From the NCBI GenBank assembly GCA_963924565.1, contig OZ004607.1, forward strand, positions 5,642,001 through 5,706,000: a stretch of 64,000 nt of DNA. Reading direction: 5' to 3'. The notes under the pieces were generated by a model. The model ran no database searches and was not told the DNA's origin. It worked only from the letters and a program-made list of their open reading frames with translations. Of this stretch, positions 11,622 to 26,325 are shown piece by piece. Each line of letters starts with the position of its first letter. Position 1 is the stretch's first letter. Both the position numbers and the translations under genes were made by a program. This DNA is from Ascidiella aspersa. Its lineage: Eukaryota.

Positions 11622-12930
11622 GGGTCCGCCCCGGAATGTTACTAAATTAGAGTCCACGAAAACTTTTTAAACGCAAATTTGGCCCTTTACTCAAAAAGGT
11701 TGGACACGTATGTCATAACGGAAGGCTGCACGGGATAGCCAGACAACTGTCCACACAAGGGCCGCTCTGAAACTTGTTTGTCTAAGCGTCTTCCTGCCTT
11801 TATACTGGCGTGACACTAACCAGATGACTATATCCATGACCCAGATAGAAAAGACAGGCGATATGTCCAGTACAGGATAAGTTTATGAGACGTTAACAAG
11901 CTCATGTTATAAATTATAGGCTTTATTTTGCCGATCAGTTTCGCTGTACTACATATAGCTGCACATTTTAGTCAAGTTTTGTGTAAATATATATTTTTAG
12001 GTAGGTTAAGGGTGTTGCTACATCCCACAAAAGTTTAACCGCAATGGCGTTAAACGTCAGGATATTATAACTCAAGAATTATAACTACCATGTAAAGCAG
12101 GGATTCTTGAGCTTTTTTAAACAGTTATCCCTAAAATATTTTTTTGGTTTGCGTGCACCAAGTGATGACGTTATAAAACAAATTGACTTTACAATCCTGC
12201 TGCTGTTAGCAAACCCCGCGCTAGTATGCAACTAGGCAAAGGATGACAAACAATTGGCCCGCGGGTTACAAAGTTACGGGTTACAGCATTCAGCGACCCA
12301 ATTGTTATTTTAAAAAGGTAGTCACATAAGATCAAATATTTGGAATAAAACAAGAGATTCCAAAAACTCAAATATTTGTAACAAGGCACTGTGATTTAAA
12401 CCATGTAAAAATACAATCCTTACAGCGTGAAGCTCTGTAAACAATTCATTTGCAGAACTAATATTAGCATAGAATTTAAAGTATGGCCCACTTGAATCGT
12501 TTGCGAGTATTAAAGTCTCGTTTGTGAGCTACGCAATACAAAAATTCTCCCTTCTTGGCGTATCACAAAACCTTAGCCGTAACCCTTGACTCATTGCAAA
12601 GAACTACCAGAGCGTTGGTAAACCCGGTCCTATACGTAGACTTTATTTAGCTACATCGTGACTTGGCACTTTGCGAGGTGTCCTATCTTTAACCCCAGTG
12701 TACCACACGTAACATAATTGAAATCGTTGGAGTCATGAAACGACGTCGCCGTGTGACATAACTTGACTCACTGCTCGCAAGCCTATAGACTACGATCAAT
12801 GGATCCACTCGCGAGTTAAACAAGGGCTAGATTATTTAGGGAAATCACTTTTTAGCCTACTTCCTGGGTAACTCAATTTCTAGGTTCGGGCTTTCTAATT
12901 GTTTAGAATCGGTCAAAACACGCAAAGGGA

Positions 12931-13660
12931 AATTAAACTGTTCCGCGCCAATCACATAATAATTTTGTTAACAATTGCGTGCGCTTTAAACATAGATATC
13001 GAAAACTTACAATGGGAGTATTCTGACATTTTCATGAGCTGAAACAGGCATTTAATAAACAATAAAACTGCTCAAACTAAACAGTGAGTTGTAAAATGCA
13101 ATGTAAACTCATTTGAAGAATTAGGTTTAAATTTTATGTGTTTATTGAAGAATTTAGGTTTAAATTGTTGTGCCATTATTAAGTATATAGTTGCAGTAGC
13201 GTTTTAAACGATAAACAGCTAAAAGAAAAGTCAAACCAGTCCTCTGTATAAAAGTGCACAAAAGTACCAGAAATTAAGCTTTAACACTTAAACCGTTCCG
13301 CACCAATTACGGAATAACTTTGCCAACAATTTCATGCGTTTTGAACGTAGCTATCGAAAATTTTTACAAATGGGCGTATTTCTGAAATTTTCGTGAGCTG
13401 AAAACATAGGCATATAATTACCAAAAAACTACTGAACAGTCAGTTGTAAAATTTGCGGTGTCATTGGCTTTTTAACATAAAAACACGTTTCGCATTTTTT
13501 TATGCTTATTGAAGAATTGCGATAGATAAATAAATTGAGATATAAATTCTGATTGTTTTGCCGTTATCCAGTATATAGTGACAGTAGCCTATTTAACGAT
13601 AAACAGCTAAAATAAAAGTAATCAGGCCGCTGAATAAAAGTGGGCAAAAGTACCAAAATA
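12931..13660. repeat. Diverged ~355-bp tandem duplication
   Basis: GTTCCGC...TATCGAAAA...TGAGCTGAAA...AACGATAAACAGCTAAAA...CAAAAGTACCA repeated. Confidence 0.75.
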
Positions 13661-15862
13661 AACAAAGATGGATTGGGTTTAAATCATGGCCATATAAGCA
13701 GTTACCAAAAAAAACTTTCCACTGATACTCCACACAGAAAAGCTTGTAAATAAACGAAAAGTTATATGAAGACATGACGCTATTTCGGGACACACCGCTG
13801 TGTTCGTTTTCGTTTCGAACGCACAAAACTAGTATAGTAGAGCTCCAGTGAAAGCAAAACAACCCAACAATAAAATAACGAATACCTAATACTTTATTAT
13901 TAGAACCGCGTTACAGCGCTTCGTCATTTCGGGAGAAACTCGTTTCGGATCGTTTCTCGCCCAACCGCTCTAACGTTCGCTGAAATTTGCGGGCGAATAC
14001 GGAAATTACAGCAGGGACGGCATCATGCGCCAAAATCCGCTTGAAATCTTTCAGCCCTCGGGCGCACAAAATTTACCAAAATCTACAGAAGCGCGCAAAA
14101 TGCCCGCGAAGGCAGGTCGAGTAATACATCGGCGCCGACCACGGCCATAAAGGCAGTTTATTCCACAGCCTCGGGGTTCGTGCTTGTAGCCTTACGACTC
14201 TTCGCACATTTTTGTAACCGAGACGGTATCAGGTTCCTCTTTAAATTTCGCCGGGTTCGGTTTTTTCGCTTTCACGCGCAGCTGAAACCGGGTTTCGACA
14301 ATTACTTTTGTTTTTTTATGTTTTTTGTGCTGTCTTGCCACCGCGGTGTCATATCCGCCCCTTATTGTTGATGTTAAAAATTTTGTAGCCCCATTTTTTT
14401 CAGTAATTAATAAACCAATACCACGCGTTTTCCACGCGATTTTAGTAATCAAATGGATTCATAGTTGCACGAAACCAACGTGTTACTCTCCATCAAACGA
14501 AATATATAATATATATATAATAAGGATATATTCTTTAGACTTTCCTGTCTTGGTCAAAGTCAGTCAAATAAAGTTCTAGTAATTTAGAAGAGAATTTATT
14601 TCGCCATAAAGGCATCATCAGTCTCTTAATTCGAATAAATCTATATTAGGGCGTAGCTTTCTGGAATTCAAAACCATTGGCAGCAGGTTTCTGCCTGTCG
14701 GTCACTGTTCCGATGACACGTATCTTAACAAAAAAACTACTTGGATTTTTAAACTTTGAGTTTTATTGGCTCCATCAAACAGGTGCAGTGGTGCACTCTA
14801 TTACTTTTCGGCAACCGCACGATCCCATTCGAAATCATATTTCCCAGGGCCCGAAGGTGAATCATAATGCTTGTAAAAAAAATTCTATTAATATCCTATG
14901 CTCGGAGACCGCTATAGCAACCCACACTTTTGTACCGGTGCATAATTTCACTGTGCAAGCATGAATATTGTGGTGCGCGGTATTTGCACGAGAAGAATTT
15001 TCTTTGTGGGTATAACCAGATGTTTTTCATGCGAAACTTTAAAAAACGTGAAGCAATAATCACGAGAAACGTGACAGTATGTGCAACGCCTTTCTTCAAG
15101 ACAGTGTTTTAGAAAACGAACGAAACCGAAAATCCGGGAGGTTTATTAGGGCCTAGAATAAAATTATTGCTTTGGTTATCTTAATTTTTGTTTTTGATTA
15201 AACCGATTCTTGCATATATTGGATCGGTTATACATAGGTTGGACGAGATTAACAAAAAGTATTATTCTTTTATTCAGAATACGAATATCAAAATCTCTGC
15301 AGTATAAGTCTTGCAAGTTGCTACTCTACGGCAAAACTTGTCTATACGTCAACGATAAAATAAAAAATGTCGTATACACTAGAGCAAGGTAACTTATAAA
15401 AAATAAAGTGATGTTAGTTTGCCGCATAGAACAACTTGTTACATATTGGCAGAATAACCTTATCTTTCAACTTCCAACAGGACAAGTTTATGACAATGCA
15501 TATACGCGTTGTTTAACCATCTCATTTCCAAATTAAACAATTGAGGATCGCCAGTTGCTACTTTAATCGGCATAACATTGCTCAAAATTCAAAGCGGCGT
15601 TGTGGTATAAACTGTAATGCGTAAATTGTACAAAACACTTTAGCGGTTAAACTTTTTTCACTTTGGGCGCATTGTGAATCAAACAACGTCTGACAATGGG
15701 AATTTTATTTTAAACGAAAATCCCTAAAACGTAGTTTTTTTTAATCGCAACAGCTTCTACAACAAGAGTCCATTTAGTCATACTTTCGTGTAGTTCTGGT
15801 TTCGCCTTCAAAATATTAAATCGGAAAGTTTTGTCAAGCTATCGCAAAGCAATAATTTGAGG

Positions 15863-16250
15863 CAGTGTTACAAACAAGTTATTTTGAAATGACTTAGGTC
15901 CACTCAAGTCATTTGTGGAATATCTTAGGTTTAAGTCAAGTTATTTTGAATAAATAACATGTCCACTTCAAGTTAAGTCCTTGTCATAAAAATTAAAGTT
16001 TTATAACTGATAAACTTGTTCGATTATGAGCAATAACTCAAGTAAAATATAATATCAACGCAACATATTGCAAGTGAACTGTTTTATGTGCAATAATTAA
16101 GATAAAGAACCAAATTAAAAAAACTACCTGACACATTATTTCAACCAAATTCATTTGTCAAAAAGACTTAAGACAAGTCAAATTATTTGAAAACTGTGAC
16201 TTAAGTGCACTTAAGTCAAGTCACTAAATTAGGTCATTATTAGAACACAG
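15863..16250. mobile_element. Diverged copy of the (AAGTC)n MITE
   Basis: Collinear similarity to 33641-34164 (e.g. GATTATGAGCAAT, AAGTGCACTTAAGTCAAGTCA). Confidence 0.75.
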
Positions 16251-17071
16251 ATTTGCGACTTCTTGAGAAAAATAAATAAACGGGGGCCGCACCAAATGGA
16301 GCCGTTGAAATAAAAAGAACCGACGGTATTAGTCTGAAAACCAATAACAACATTACGAAAATTAATTTGGTTTTAATTTTAAAACGCAACACCTTGGGTC
16401 ACACCTGTTCCATATTTCTCTGATTACAATCTTGATTTTACAGGCATTTTTCTTCACAGATTTTTATACAAAAAAAAATATATTGTAAAACAGAAATTTA
16501 CTTGGGGGATACATTCGTCGTATATGTGAGAGGGTATTTCACTCACTGTCCGTATAACAGAAAGATCGCTTGGCAAAACGGGCGAAACGACACGCTGTAA
16601 GCCCCGGGGCTGGGTGCTTATTTGCGACGAAAGGCGAAATTCCTCGGTTTCGTCGCTCGAGTATATATACATATGTAATCGCAGTTTTCTGATTCACGCC
16701 AATATCTAGCCATTCAGGATGTCGACGGAAAGTTCGGAAGCGTTGTATAGATCTAAGGAACGGAATACTTGTATTCTGAAAAACAACGTTATGACGTTAG
16801 TCAGTTGCCTATTCTTAGTGTGTTTTGCGTGGGAAACAGAAATAGTCACGAGTCTATTTTGTCGTCATGAAATATATAGGAGAACGCGAGTACTAACGCA
16901 GATAAAAATAAAGCCATACCTGTGCTTTATTTCGACTGTGATTAGAATCAGTTAGTTTGTAAGGCGGGGGTGAAACCAGTACAGTGATCCCGTGGAAGTA
17001 AACACCACAAGGGCGTCTTTATTTTGCTTGCCGCAAATTTGATTACGATACAGGGAAACTACAGTTTAGAG

Positions 17072-17386
17072 CAGTGCTTCCCAACCAGTGTGTCGCGAAG
17101 CATTTCTAAATGTTACAGTTTTCTATTAGATCGGGAAATTACTGCATTCGGACACTCGGAATGTTACTCTGCGTGTGAGCTTGTCCCAAATCAAGCCTCG
17201 ACTCAATTTGATAATATCCAACATGCAAGCCCAAGTTTCGCAATAATAGTAAATTACATGTGTATACATTGTTTTTCTTTTCTCATTAATTTGTATTTCA
17301 TTCGCTTGGTCATATCTTATTGTGGGTCGTACAATCAAACTTGCATTAAAAGTGGGTCACGAACTTATAAAGGTTGCGAAGCACTG
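17072..17386. mobile_element. hAT-type MITE
   Basis: TIR CAGTGCTTCCCAACC/GGTTGCGAAGCACTG; TSD GTTTAGAG on both sides. Confidence 0.88.
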
Positions 17387-18119
17387 GTTTAGAGCACTTT
17401 CAGTTCGGCAATTTAATTGTTTGAAAGCTAGAGATACAGAGAGTTAAAATACACCAGTGTTCATAAAGTGTAGAAATCACATTATGTCAAGTAAAGCGGA
17501 ACGTCAAAATTGTGCGGTTCTCGTAAATCGGCCGAGAAAAATTTGTTGAGAAATTCCCTATCTAACTATGGTAACAACGTCTAACTAATTTTCTGGCGTC
17601 CGCTGGACTGGATAAATCAGTCACGAATTACCAAGTATTGGTCCATACGGCCAAAGATTAATACGTACAGTGAGTCTTATAATATATATATTATATTATA
17701 TATATATGGTATACAGAATTCTCAAAATAGGATTTATTCTTTCAAAGTACCTTCTCGCATACTAGAAGTTCACCTGAACTTTACTCAAACTCGTGGCGAT
17801 ATAATTTACGTACGTTCGGTTAATTTAATATAAGCCTAATTCAAAACTTAAACTAAATATAATGTACAAGTTATCATCTGGTAATAAGTAAAAAATGACA
17901 GATATTTTGGTGCAGAGTGGTGGGTAGTCGTATAGTGGGATTGCACCCCTGAGAATTTTCACCCCTGAGAAGCATAGAGTAAAATATTGGACCGTTTTTC
18001 GAAAGAGTACGGGACAAGGTAAAATGTTTGACAATTTCAAATAATCTACTTTATTTCGCCACATTACCAATATACAATTTTGGAACGCTCTTTGCCAGAT
18101 CTGGCAAATCTTAAAAGGC

Positions 18120-18640
18120 GTTTAACCACAAACAGAAGAAGGCGGCTAACTTGGCGACAGCGGCGGCTGCCGAGGGGCGTAGCTTTCCTCAGCAACTTCC
18201 TGTCTCGGGGAAAACGATCGCGCTAGGTGCGGCCCGGTTCGGGCGACAAGCGGCGCGCGCGCTGCTTCGAAAGCATATCGCCCCGGGGGGGGACGTGCCA
18301 GTTTTTACCCGCCGCCGCTGCCGCCGCTGCCGATGCCGCCGCACCTTGCGCGCAATGGGCGAAAAGGACGCGAAACTGCCATTGCTCTGCGTGGGCGACG
18401 TGCGTGCCTTACGCGATCTCAAGCCAGGATAATACTGCGCAGTTTTGGGCGTAGCTGAAAGCGGTCGCGACTGGGAGGTGGCAATTAGGAGGCGACTTGG
18501 CAGGGCGTTCAGGTAGCGCGAGCAGAGAAAACGCATAGGAGGTGGTGACTCACTGCTCAGGACGGCGGAAGCGGGCGAAGTTTCAGCTTTTAGATTTGCA
18601 GCCACTGCTCAGTTCTGCTTTCTGCTAGCAGGTCAGCTAA
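18120..18640. promoter_or_regulatory. GC/CpG-rich island, candidate promoter or enhancer
   Basis: Sharp rise in GC, a (GCC)n tract, AP-1 site TGACTCA at ~18547, plus-strand donor-like CAG|GTAGCG and CAG|GTCAGC; no convincing protein. Confidence 0.35.
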
Positions 18641-21143
18641 AAACTTTGCAGAAACTTAACTTGAATTTTTTGCAGCTCTAACTATTGGCCAGCCTATGTC
18701 GGCTTTCAGAAGCAGTCCAGCTACCCTTTGGCGTTTCAAGTGCGCGCGGCCACAGGATACGAGGGGATTGTGTTTAAGTGTTTTCAAATAGGCCATGTAA
18801 ACTTTACCCTAGTGTAGCCCTAACTAGCATATTTAGAGCGCCCAGTAATACATGTTAAGTGAGCCCAATATAGACATTTTTGGAAAACAAACAACAACAA
18901 AAAAATCGTATATTAAAAATAGGCAGAACGGTGGGTTTAAATGTATTACGAGATGGAGTATTGTATCTGCAAGCTGTTTATTTAGACATAGGCCAGATAT
19001 CGAATACCATACAAAGAAGAAGGTAACATAAGTGTATCGCATAAGAAGTAACATAACTCTCTATTTATACATTGACTTAAAAGCATATTCTATATTTCTG
19101 TTTTAATTACAGCCTGCTTTGTTATTTACTTCAGTATCTCATCCCCTTCGACATTTAGTTTTTATCATATTTTTCGGTCACATGTATTAAACGTATCAGG
19201 ACTTAAAAGAAATGCCTTGCCGCTGAGATGTTTAAAAACGTCGTTTCCGTGACTAAATTTATCGCCCACCTATTTTTGTGTTCCATTACGTTCTTTGCGT
19301 AACATGACGCGCCCAAGGTTTCGTGACTTGCAGTTTATTTATAACTACCAGAGCACAATTTTAGCAAAACGTCGAGGAAAATTAAGTTACTGCGCAGACT
19401 AAGAAAAACAGTATGTCAAGATTCGTACTACAGACCCGCAGTTATTCAACTCAGCAGATCAGAAGCAGCCTTTGTTTGCGTTATAGTGGAAAGCTGCAGT
19501 CACACGCACTCAAGGAAAACGTGGGCGTATTAAACGCGCCGACCACCAGTCAACGATCTGTCATTGACATACTTCTGATAAAAGAGACCAGTTTTACACG
19601 AAATCTTGCTGCAACTAGCGCCCGACCAACTAGTTCACGCTATGTTTTCGTGGTTTTAGCAATTCCATAAAGTCCTGGCTTGTTTTGAGGCAGCCATATG
19701 TGAGGACCAGAAGCTCATACAGAAGTAGGTGTTAAAGCAAATAGAAAAGTAAGCATATCTTAGTGGCGTTCTGCAAATTCATAAAGTTTTGGTTTTGAAG
19801 CGGCTGTGTAAGCAGACCAAAAGCTCGAACAGAACGTCATTGAAAACGGAGAGCATGGCATTTGTTTTAAAAGATCAGAGGGCGAGCGCCTGTAACCTTA
19901 TATCGCGTTTCTCCGGGCGACGGAGGAGAACCGACAAGGGTCACGGTACGTCGCGCGCCAATGGGTGGAAACAGACTTCTTTCCGTTCAGCAATTGTGGG
20001 AAATAACCGCGAATAGCAAGCAGAGCGGGGTTGGCCCGGTTCTGCGTCGCGCCGCTAGCAGTTCAACGTTGCCGTGTCGCGTACTAAGTGGGTGTTCTAC
20101 CGGGGGAATTCGCACGATGACTCACGCCGATTTGCTCGGGTGCTAGTTGCTTACAAAGGCTCAAATTTCGCCCGGTTTAAATGCCACCGGAAGATGATTT
20201 AGCGTGGGTTAAGGACTTGAAATATCAAATGTAGAGTTATCCACCTACATACGAACTAAAATGTGGGTTGCTTTGCTGATAGTACATATTTATTCGTGTG
20301 TTGAATCGACTTTACAGTGATTTAGGACGAGTTAAATCAACTTTACAGTGATTTAGGACTGCAACACTGATTTAGGACGAAACATCAGTATTTAAAATGC
20401 TGTTTGTTCCACTGTGGAGTGGAATATATGTTTTTCTTTGCTCTAAAATTTCAGTGAACTTCTTAGGCCAGGCTGATCTGCATGTTACATTCGTTTGCTG
20501 CGAAACAGCGTTTAGCTGTGTATTCGGACTATCTGCACTGTACGTGACGTGTAAGTCGGCGGTTCTGTAGCACCAGCAGTTGTGTGCAGAAGCAAGTCAA
20601 ACACGCGAACACGGACCCCGTCCAGGTTTTCCGTTTGGCCCAACAGCAGGCAGCCTGTCGCGAAATTAGGTCAACGGTTCTTCGAGTGTGTTGCGTCTCG
20701 TGGTTGGACCGAGACGCGCTTACAGCAGCCACGTTTTCGTGAGCAAGTTCGTTCTGTGCAAACTGGATCGTGTAATAGTCATCCTCGCTAGCGTTTCAAA
20801 AGTTCTGCAAACCTGTTTATGCGTACACTGGCAGGCAGTTAGAGTTGAAGGGTTTTCAGGAACGGTACAGATCGCAGTGTTGCGCGTGTGGTTTGGTTTA
20901 TTTTAGGTAAAGGACGGAACAAAAATCGCTTTAAGCAGTTCCGCAAACTTTCTGCTCGTACTGTCGCTAACAGTTAGGATGGTAGATTATTAAGTCAGCT
21001 AGAAGTCGGAGTTTAGAATATAGTGTTGCGAGTGACAGTTTCTTTTATGTAAAGAAGCAGCAATAACGCTTTTAGCCAACAGTTTCGAACTGCCTTTAGA
21101 TAATTTTTACAATAAAAACAAGTTATCCAATAATCTGAATAAA

Positions 21144-21349
21144 GGCACTGGTCTAGAATCCTACCACAGCGTTGAAACAATTATTAAATCAACGCACAAT
21201 ATTTGGGTTAGGGTGCGGGTTAGCGTTTGTGTGTGGGTGGGTCAAGCAATATTACATTTATTATTTAATTATAATACTTGACCTACCCCAACTCAAACAC
21301 CAACCTTAACCCAAAAATGTTGGTTGTGGTAGGATTCTAGACCACTACC
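21144..21349. mobile_element. Full-length diverged copy of the same MITE family
   Basis: TGGTCTAGAATCCTACCACA ... TGTGGTAGGATTCTAGACCA inverted ends. Confidence 0.8.
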
Positions 21350-22843
21350 CACTGCAATAACTTGCTCCTGCCTACTGTTCTTTCTGCTGCTGCCCTGCTG
21401 CGCGCCGTGTTTCGTGCACTCACGCTTGATTGATTTTCGACGTCACGCCAACCCTCGTCTCCAGTGGTTGTTGAAAGGTCAACCAAGCTATTCGAGAAAC
21501 GCTTTGCCCGAGAGTGGGCGGCTGGCGTACAGTGTGTAGAGTTGACGTTTTGAGGTATGTCTATTGTCCATGGGCCGCCACAGGCCAGCTTGGGGCGTCA
21601 GGCGATTTCAAGCGAGTCCCAAGTCAAGCTTTTACGGCTAACTAATTTGTGTCGCAGGGAATTGGCTGTGAGTTAGTTCACCTGAAGGCTGAAGTTCTAT
21701 GTATACATGACTGAAAGCAGTGCAGAAAGCAGTAAGCGCTTTCTTGAAAAGTTAAGATTGCCTTAAAAATGGTTCAAGTCACAGGATTAGAATAGTTCTG
21801 CTGTGCGATTCTTTCCCTTCCGGAAATTTCAGATTTAATATGATTTTCATACTAGGTATCCATACCCAGGCACAATTAAACTATACTCTTAGCCAAGTTT
21901 AACTATGTACATAGTAATTTTTCGCGTGATCTTTTTATTCGTCTATTCAACATAAAGGCGATTTTTATTGTGTGCCATTTTGCGTCGCGTGACTCATAAA
22001 CTTTACAGTTCAATTTCTGTTAAATTACGCTATAAACGCCATTATTTCTAACAAATTTAAACCTCTGTTTACTGTACCAAGTACCATGCATCACATATCT
22101 TTTAATTCAAGTGCTTAAAAGTTGAGGCTGCCTTTCAAACGTTTCATGTAAAAGGTGCGAATCTTTTAATTCCGGTCAACATGAAATACGTTAAGGTGCC
22201 ACAACCCCGAGACTGAAATACTTCATTATAGCCAAGAATGATAGGGCAATGTTTTAGCTGTCGGTTAACCAAGGTCGTCCAACGACCACAGTATTTTGGT
22301 AGGCGCAGGCAGCTCAGCTCTGCACACTGTTAAGCGTCTTGTATCCGAGTGGCAGTTAAAATGTTGGCTGGAACCCAGAGCCCTTGCTCGTTTCGCCGCG
22401 CCAAATCAACAGAGTGACGCCGCCAGCCCGCACGCGCCTATTTTCTTTTCCTAAAGCGAACGCTAAACGGGAATGACGTTAAAAGACGCTGGTTGTGTGT
22501 GTGCGTGTATGTATGGGCACTGGGCGCCGCGTTTTTTTGCCATGAGCCAATACTATTATAGTGAAAAGCGTAAATCAACGACGTTTGGCTTTTGAGTTAG
22601 AAGCGCAATTGTGTCGTTCCGCCAGGGCAGCTTGATTTACGACAGCCAAGCCTAAAGGTCTATTTGTTTTCCGTTTCAATAATGTAATACATCTCGCCGT
22701 CTCGAGTTTGCGTAATGTCGTGCAATGGCTTTGACGAAACCCATTGGAATGTTAAAAAGTTCAAACCGAGTATTGACATTTATAAAAACTAGTTTTCTTC
22801 GACCGAAGTAAATCTTGAGGTTATTTTTCCTGGATCTAGAAAC

Positions 22844-22903
22844 TTATTTTTACCGTTATTTTTACCGTTATTTTTACCGTTATTTTTACCGTTATTTTTA
22901 CCG
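22844..22903. repeat. (TTATTTTTACCG)x5 minisatellite
   Basis: Five perfect 12-mers. Confidence 0.95.
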
Positions 22904-25106
22904 TTTTATATTAGTCCATTGCACCAAAATTGTTAGCAAAAACATACCTTTCAAGCCATTCGGTACGCACGCTAAACCCCAATTCTGCTGATTCCGCGAA
23001 TACGTGACGGCGAAAGAGAGAAATCAACTCGAAAGCAAACGAGAAATTCTTCCCGATCGGAAAGCGCCCTATAATTGCACCGAAAGGCTTCAGCAGGATG
23101 CCGAATTGGCGCGTTTTCTCCAGCGGTCGCCGCCGCCGTAGCCGTGCGCCAGTTCTATTTGGGACGTCGACGCGTCAAAATCCCACCGCTGACGTCATCG
23201 GTTAGTGAGAAGGGCCCCATCGTTTCCCTGGCTACGCGCGCTTGCTTTGGCCGCGGGCCGCCGCAGTCCCGCAAATGCCGACTCGGCTAAGCTAAAAATT
23301 GCCCCCCCCCCCTCCACCCGAATTACTCCCGCCCGACTTTTTTCTTTGACGGCAGTGGTATAGGAGGCGTGCCTACTGCTGGGCAGTCGTTGAAAATCGT
23401 TTGCGGAAATTTCGGAAAGCTGTGTGTTGAGCGAAGGTCTCTCGGTTAAAGTTGCGAGGTTTGCGAAAATTCATAAAAAATGGTCTTAGATTCTTTTTAC
23501 TATTAGTAGGTTTACTCGTACTTGATAAAGCGCATTAGTGCGAAAATTTGTCAACATTAGACTAAAAAAAGAGAGAGATTCTTAATTTGCAGATTTTAAA
23601 TAAATGTTTTTTCTTAGAATCAGTTTTATAGCAAAGTTTAAAAGTCCAACATTAAATATTTTTTGGAACTTCTGGTTAGATATTTTTTAGAAACTGGTCC
23701 CATTGTTTTGTATCATTTGTCATTCATTAAATGCCTTCCGTCGTAAGTCCGGAGAAACAACCGTTTCCAGTTTTTGTGATGTGTAAAGCTATAAATCTCC
23801 TCGCTCCAAATCTGAATACAGAAATTTTCGTATTATGCAGGATCCATTTGCCTGAGGAAATTCTTTGTATTGACAACGGCGAGTCTCTTAAACGGTTACT
23901 AACCGCGTGGTTTCGTGATTAAACATCAATGCGAAACTGCACCAGAACATTGGCGAAATACTTAACCGTAGTCCAACTACTTTGATTTCGATGCGTATTA
24001 GTTGGGCGTATTATAGTTTTGAAAAACTGTTTTGTTGAGATTAATGTTGTATTTTTTTAGTTGGTTTTCAAGGTATTATACAATAGTTTCAAGTGTTAAA
24101 AAAAATTTGGGTTGTTTACCTACCACGGCGCAACGTGTGCTTTTTAGTTGGTTGTTTTTGTTCATCCTTAAGCGATGAGTAATATCCAGCGAGGAAACGA
24201 CCTTTAAAAATTGTGTTGAGCCGCTAAACAAGCACGATCGCGTCTGTTTGCTTGCCGTGAATGTTACTTTACAGATGGTTAAGGCTTTAAACGAAAATCC
24301 CCTACTGCGAGAGACCTGTTTCGTGGCTTATCTTGAGAGAATGACAGATCTAGGCTGGTGTGTTCGATTTTGGCCGGTTTTTTGAGCTGTAAGATTTTCA
24401 ATCGTCCAAACGGCAAGAGATATCTTGTATGGAGAACATTACTGGTCGCTGAAACGCCCACGTTCAAGTTCTGGATATTTATTGATTTGGCGTTGACCCC
24501 TTGGGGATAGATGAACTCATTTTAGGAGGTCGATGAAGGCCTTATTATTGAGTATTAGTATATATTTAAAAAGTAATCAAATTAAAAAAAAACGTTTAAT
24601 TAAAAATAAAACGTTTTAACACTGAAGGTATTTAGGCTCCCTTTCACTTCCACATTTTTTGGACCAGAATAAAAATATTTTTCAAGTCTATTTGTATTGT
24701 GACGTAAATTTATGACGTCATCTCTAAAAACCTTGTACCGACACTGGTCCATACAAAACCAAAAAAAATAAGGGGTCCGCGGTAAAACAAGTCGCTAAGA
24801 CGTATGGAATTGTTCTTTCCGTTGTGAACTGACGCCGGGAAACGGCAGAGAAATTCGCAGAACTGCGTTGTGCCTTTAACAGTTCGGCTTCCAACTATAG
24901 GCCTACGAAGTAACATATGCTTCGTTATCGGCTGCTTAAGAGCTGAATCACCGCTGCTAAAACTTGAACTAATTTCCCCGAGATAGAAAATGACATGCAT
25001 TTGTGTAAACATAAAACCTACAAGCGACGACCGAACTAGCAAAAAATTTGGGCGCCTTCGCCTTCTAAAGCAGCCTACTGTATTTTGCTACCACACCAGT
25101 TTAGAA

Positions 25107-25410
25107 CAGCGGTTCTCAACCAGTGGGCCATCAGAACATTTGAGGTGGGCCATAGACCAATTTAAAAAGCTAGATTTAGTTTCGTTTGTGTCATTATATT
25201 TTATGGGGAGGAATTAAAAAAGGAATGTAAATTTATTGTTCAGCCGCAATTATCTCACTAATGCACGGTTGAATAAATAATCTGTTTTGAAATATGTTCT
25301 GCTGTGTTTTGTTCTAAACCTATTTTAAAGTTTTTTCTTTCATGAATGTTCTATTGGGCCACAGAATTTTTTTGCAACGTAAATGGGCCACGCAAGTTTG
25401 AGAACCACTG
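25107..25410. mobile_element. hAT-type MITE
   Basis: TIR CAGCGGTTCTCAA/TTGAGAACCACTG; TSD GTTTAGAA. Confidence 0.88.
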
Positions 25411-25964
25411 GTTTAGAAACTGTGCCCAAGTCAGAACACGCCTTACGATAAACTCGTCTATATTGGGCCAGCGCCGAAACCGCAGTGCGCAATAACATTT
25501 CGATTCTAGCAACGTTTTACTGCGGGTGGCTTTAAAAGAAAGAGGGGGCACTTGTTTGCGCCCTTTGTTTGGTCCGACTTCACGGTTCGCCATTTCGGTG
25601 GCCTTTTCCTGTTTTTGGCGAATTGCTGGGGAGCACCTTTTCCATTTGCCAAACAAACTAGTCGAGAGCCCCCCCGTAAAACCAGACAAACACACCACGC
25701 GAGCGCCTGGGCTCGGAAAATGTGTCACGCCGACTGCGAGGTCATCCTAGTCTGGGTTTGCTTTCCACCTGACTGAGTCCCTGCCAACCAAATTCACCGA
25801 ACTGCAGTAAGCGGCATATGGGTGTACAAAAGGGAGACCGACTTGGTCTTCGGACTTTCTTAGTTGTGAATGCGACCTTCAGTCAACTGGTTGGTAACGT
25901 ATGGAAGGTAATTGAACAAATACCTGTATGCGCTTTTTTAAAAGAAATGAGAGAAATACTACGA

Positions 25965-26325
25965 TAAAAATTCTTATTGGATTAAACGTAATGTTATGTC
26001 GCTATAACAAGTTTACTTCGTAAAAGGTTTTATATTGTTGTTGTATGTATTAATAGTATACTATTAATACATACAACAACTATACTCATCGAGTTATTTA
26101 AAGTAAAATTCATATTTCATTAAACGTAATGTAATGTAATGTCGCTATAACCAGTTTACTTTATAAAAAGTTTTATTTTTGTAAGGACTATACTTATCCA
26201 GGTATTTAAAAGTAAAATTCCTATTGGATTAAACGTTACGTGATTTCGCTATAACCAGGTCACTCCGTAAAAAAAAGTTGTATATTGTTGTTGTAGTGGA
26301 CTATACTTACCTAGTTATTTAAAAG
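25965..26325. repeat. Three ~110-135-bp tandem units, the first containing a perfect 44-bp palindrome
   Basis: ATTAAACGT...TCGCTATAAC...CTATACT...TATTTAAA three times. Confidence 0.85.

Noticed and set aside
18151-18605. Overlapping ORFs in the GC island as a coding exon
   Set aside because: Open frames are explained by high GC, and none joins in frame to the IkappaB exons.
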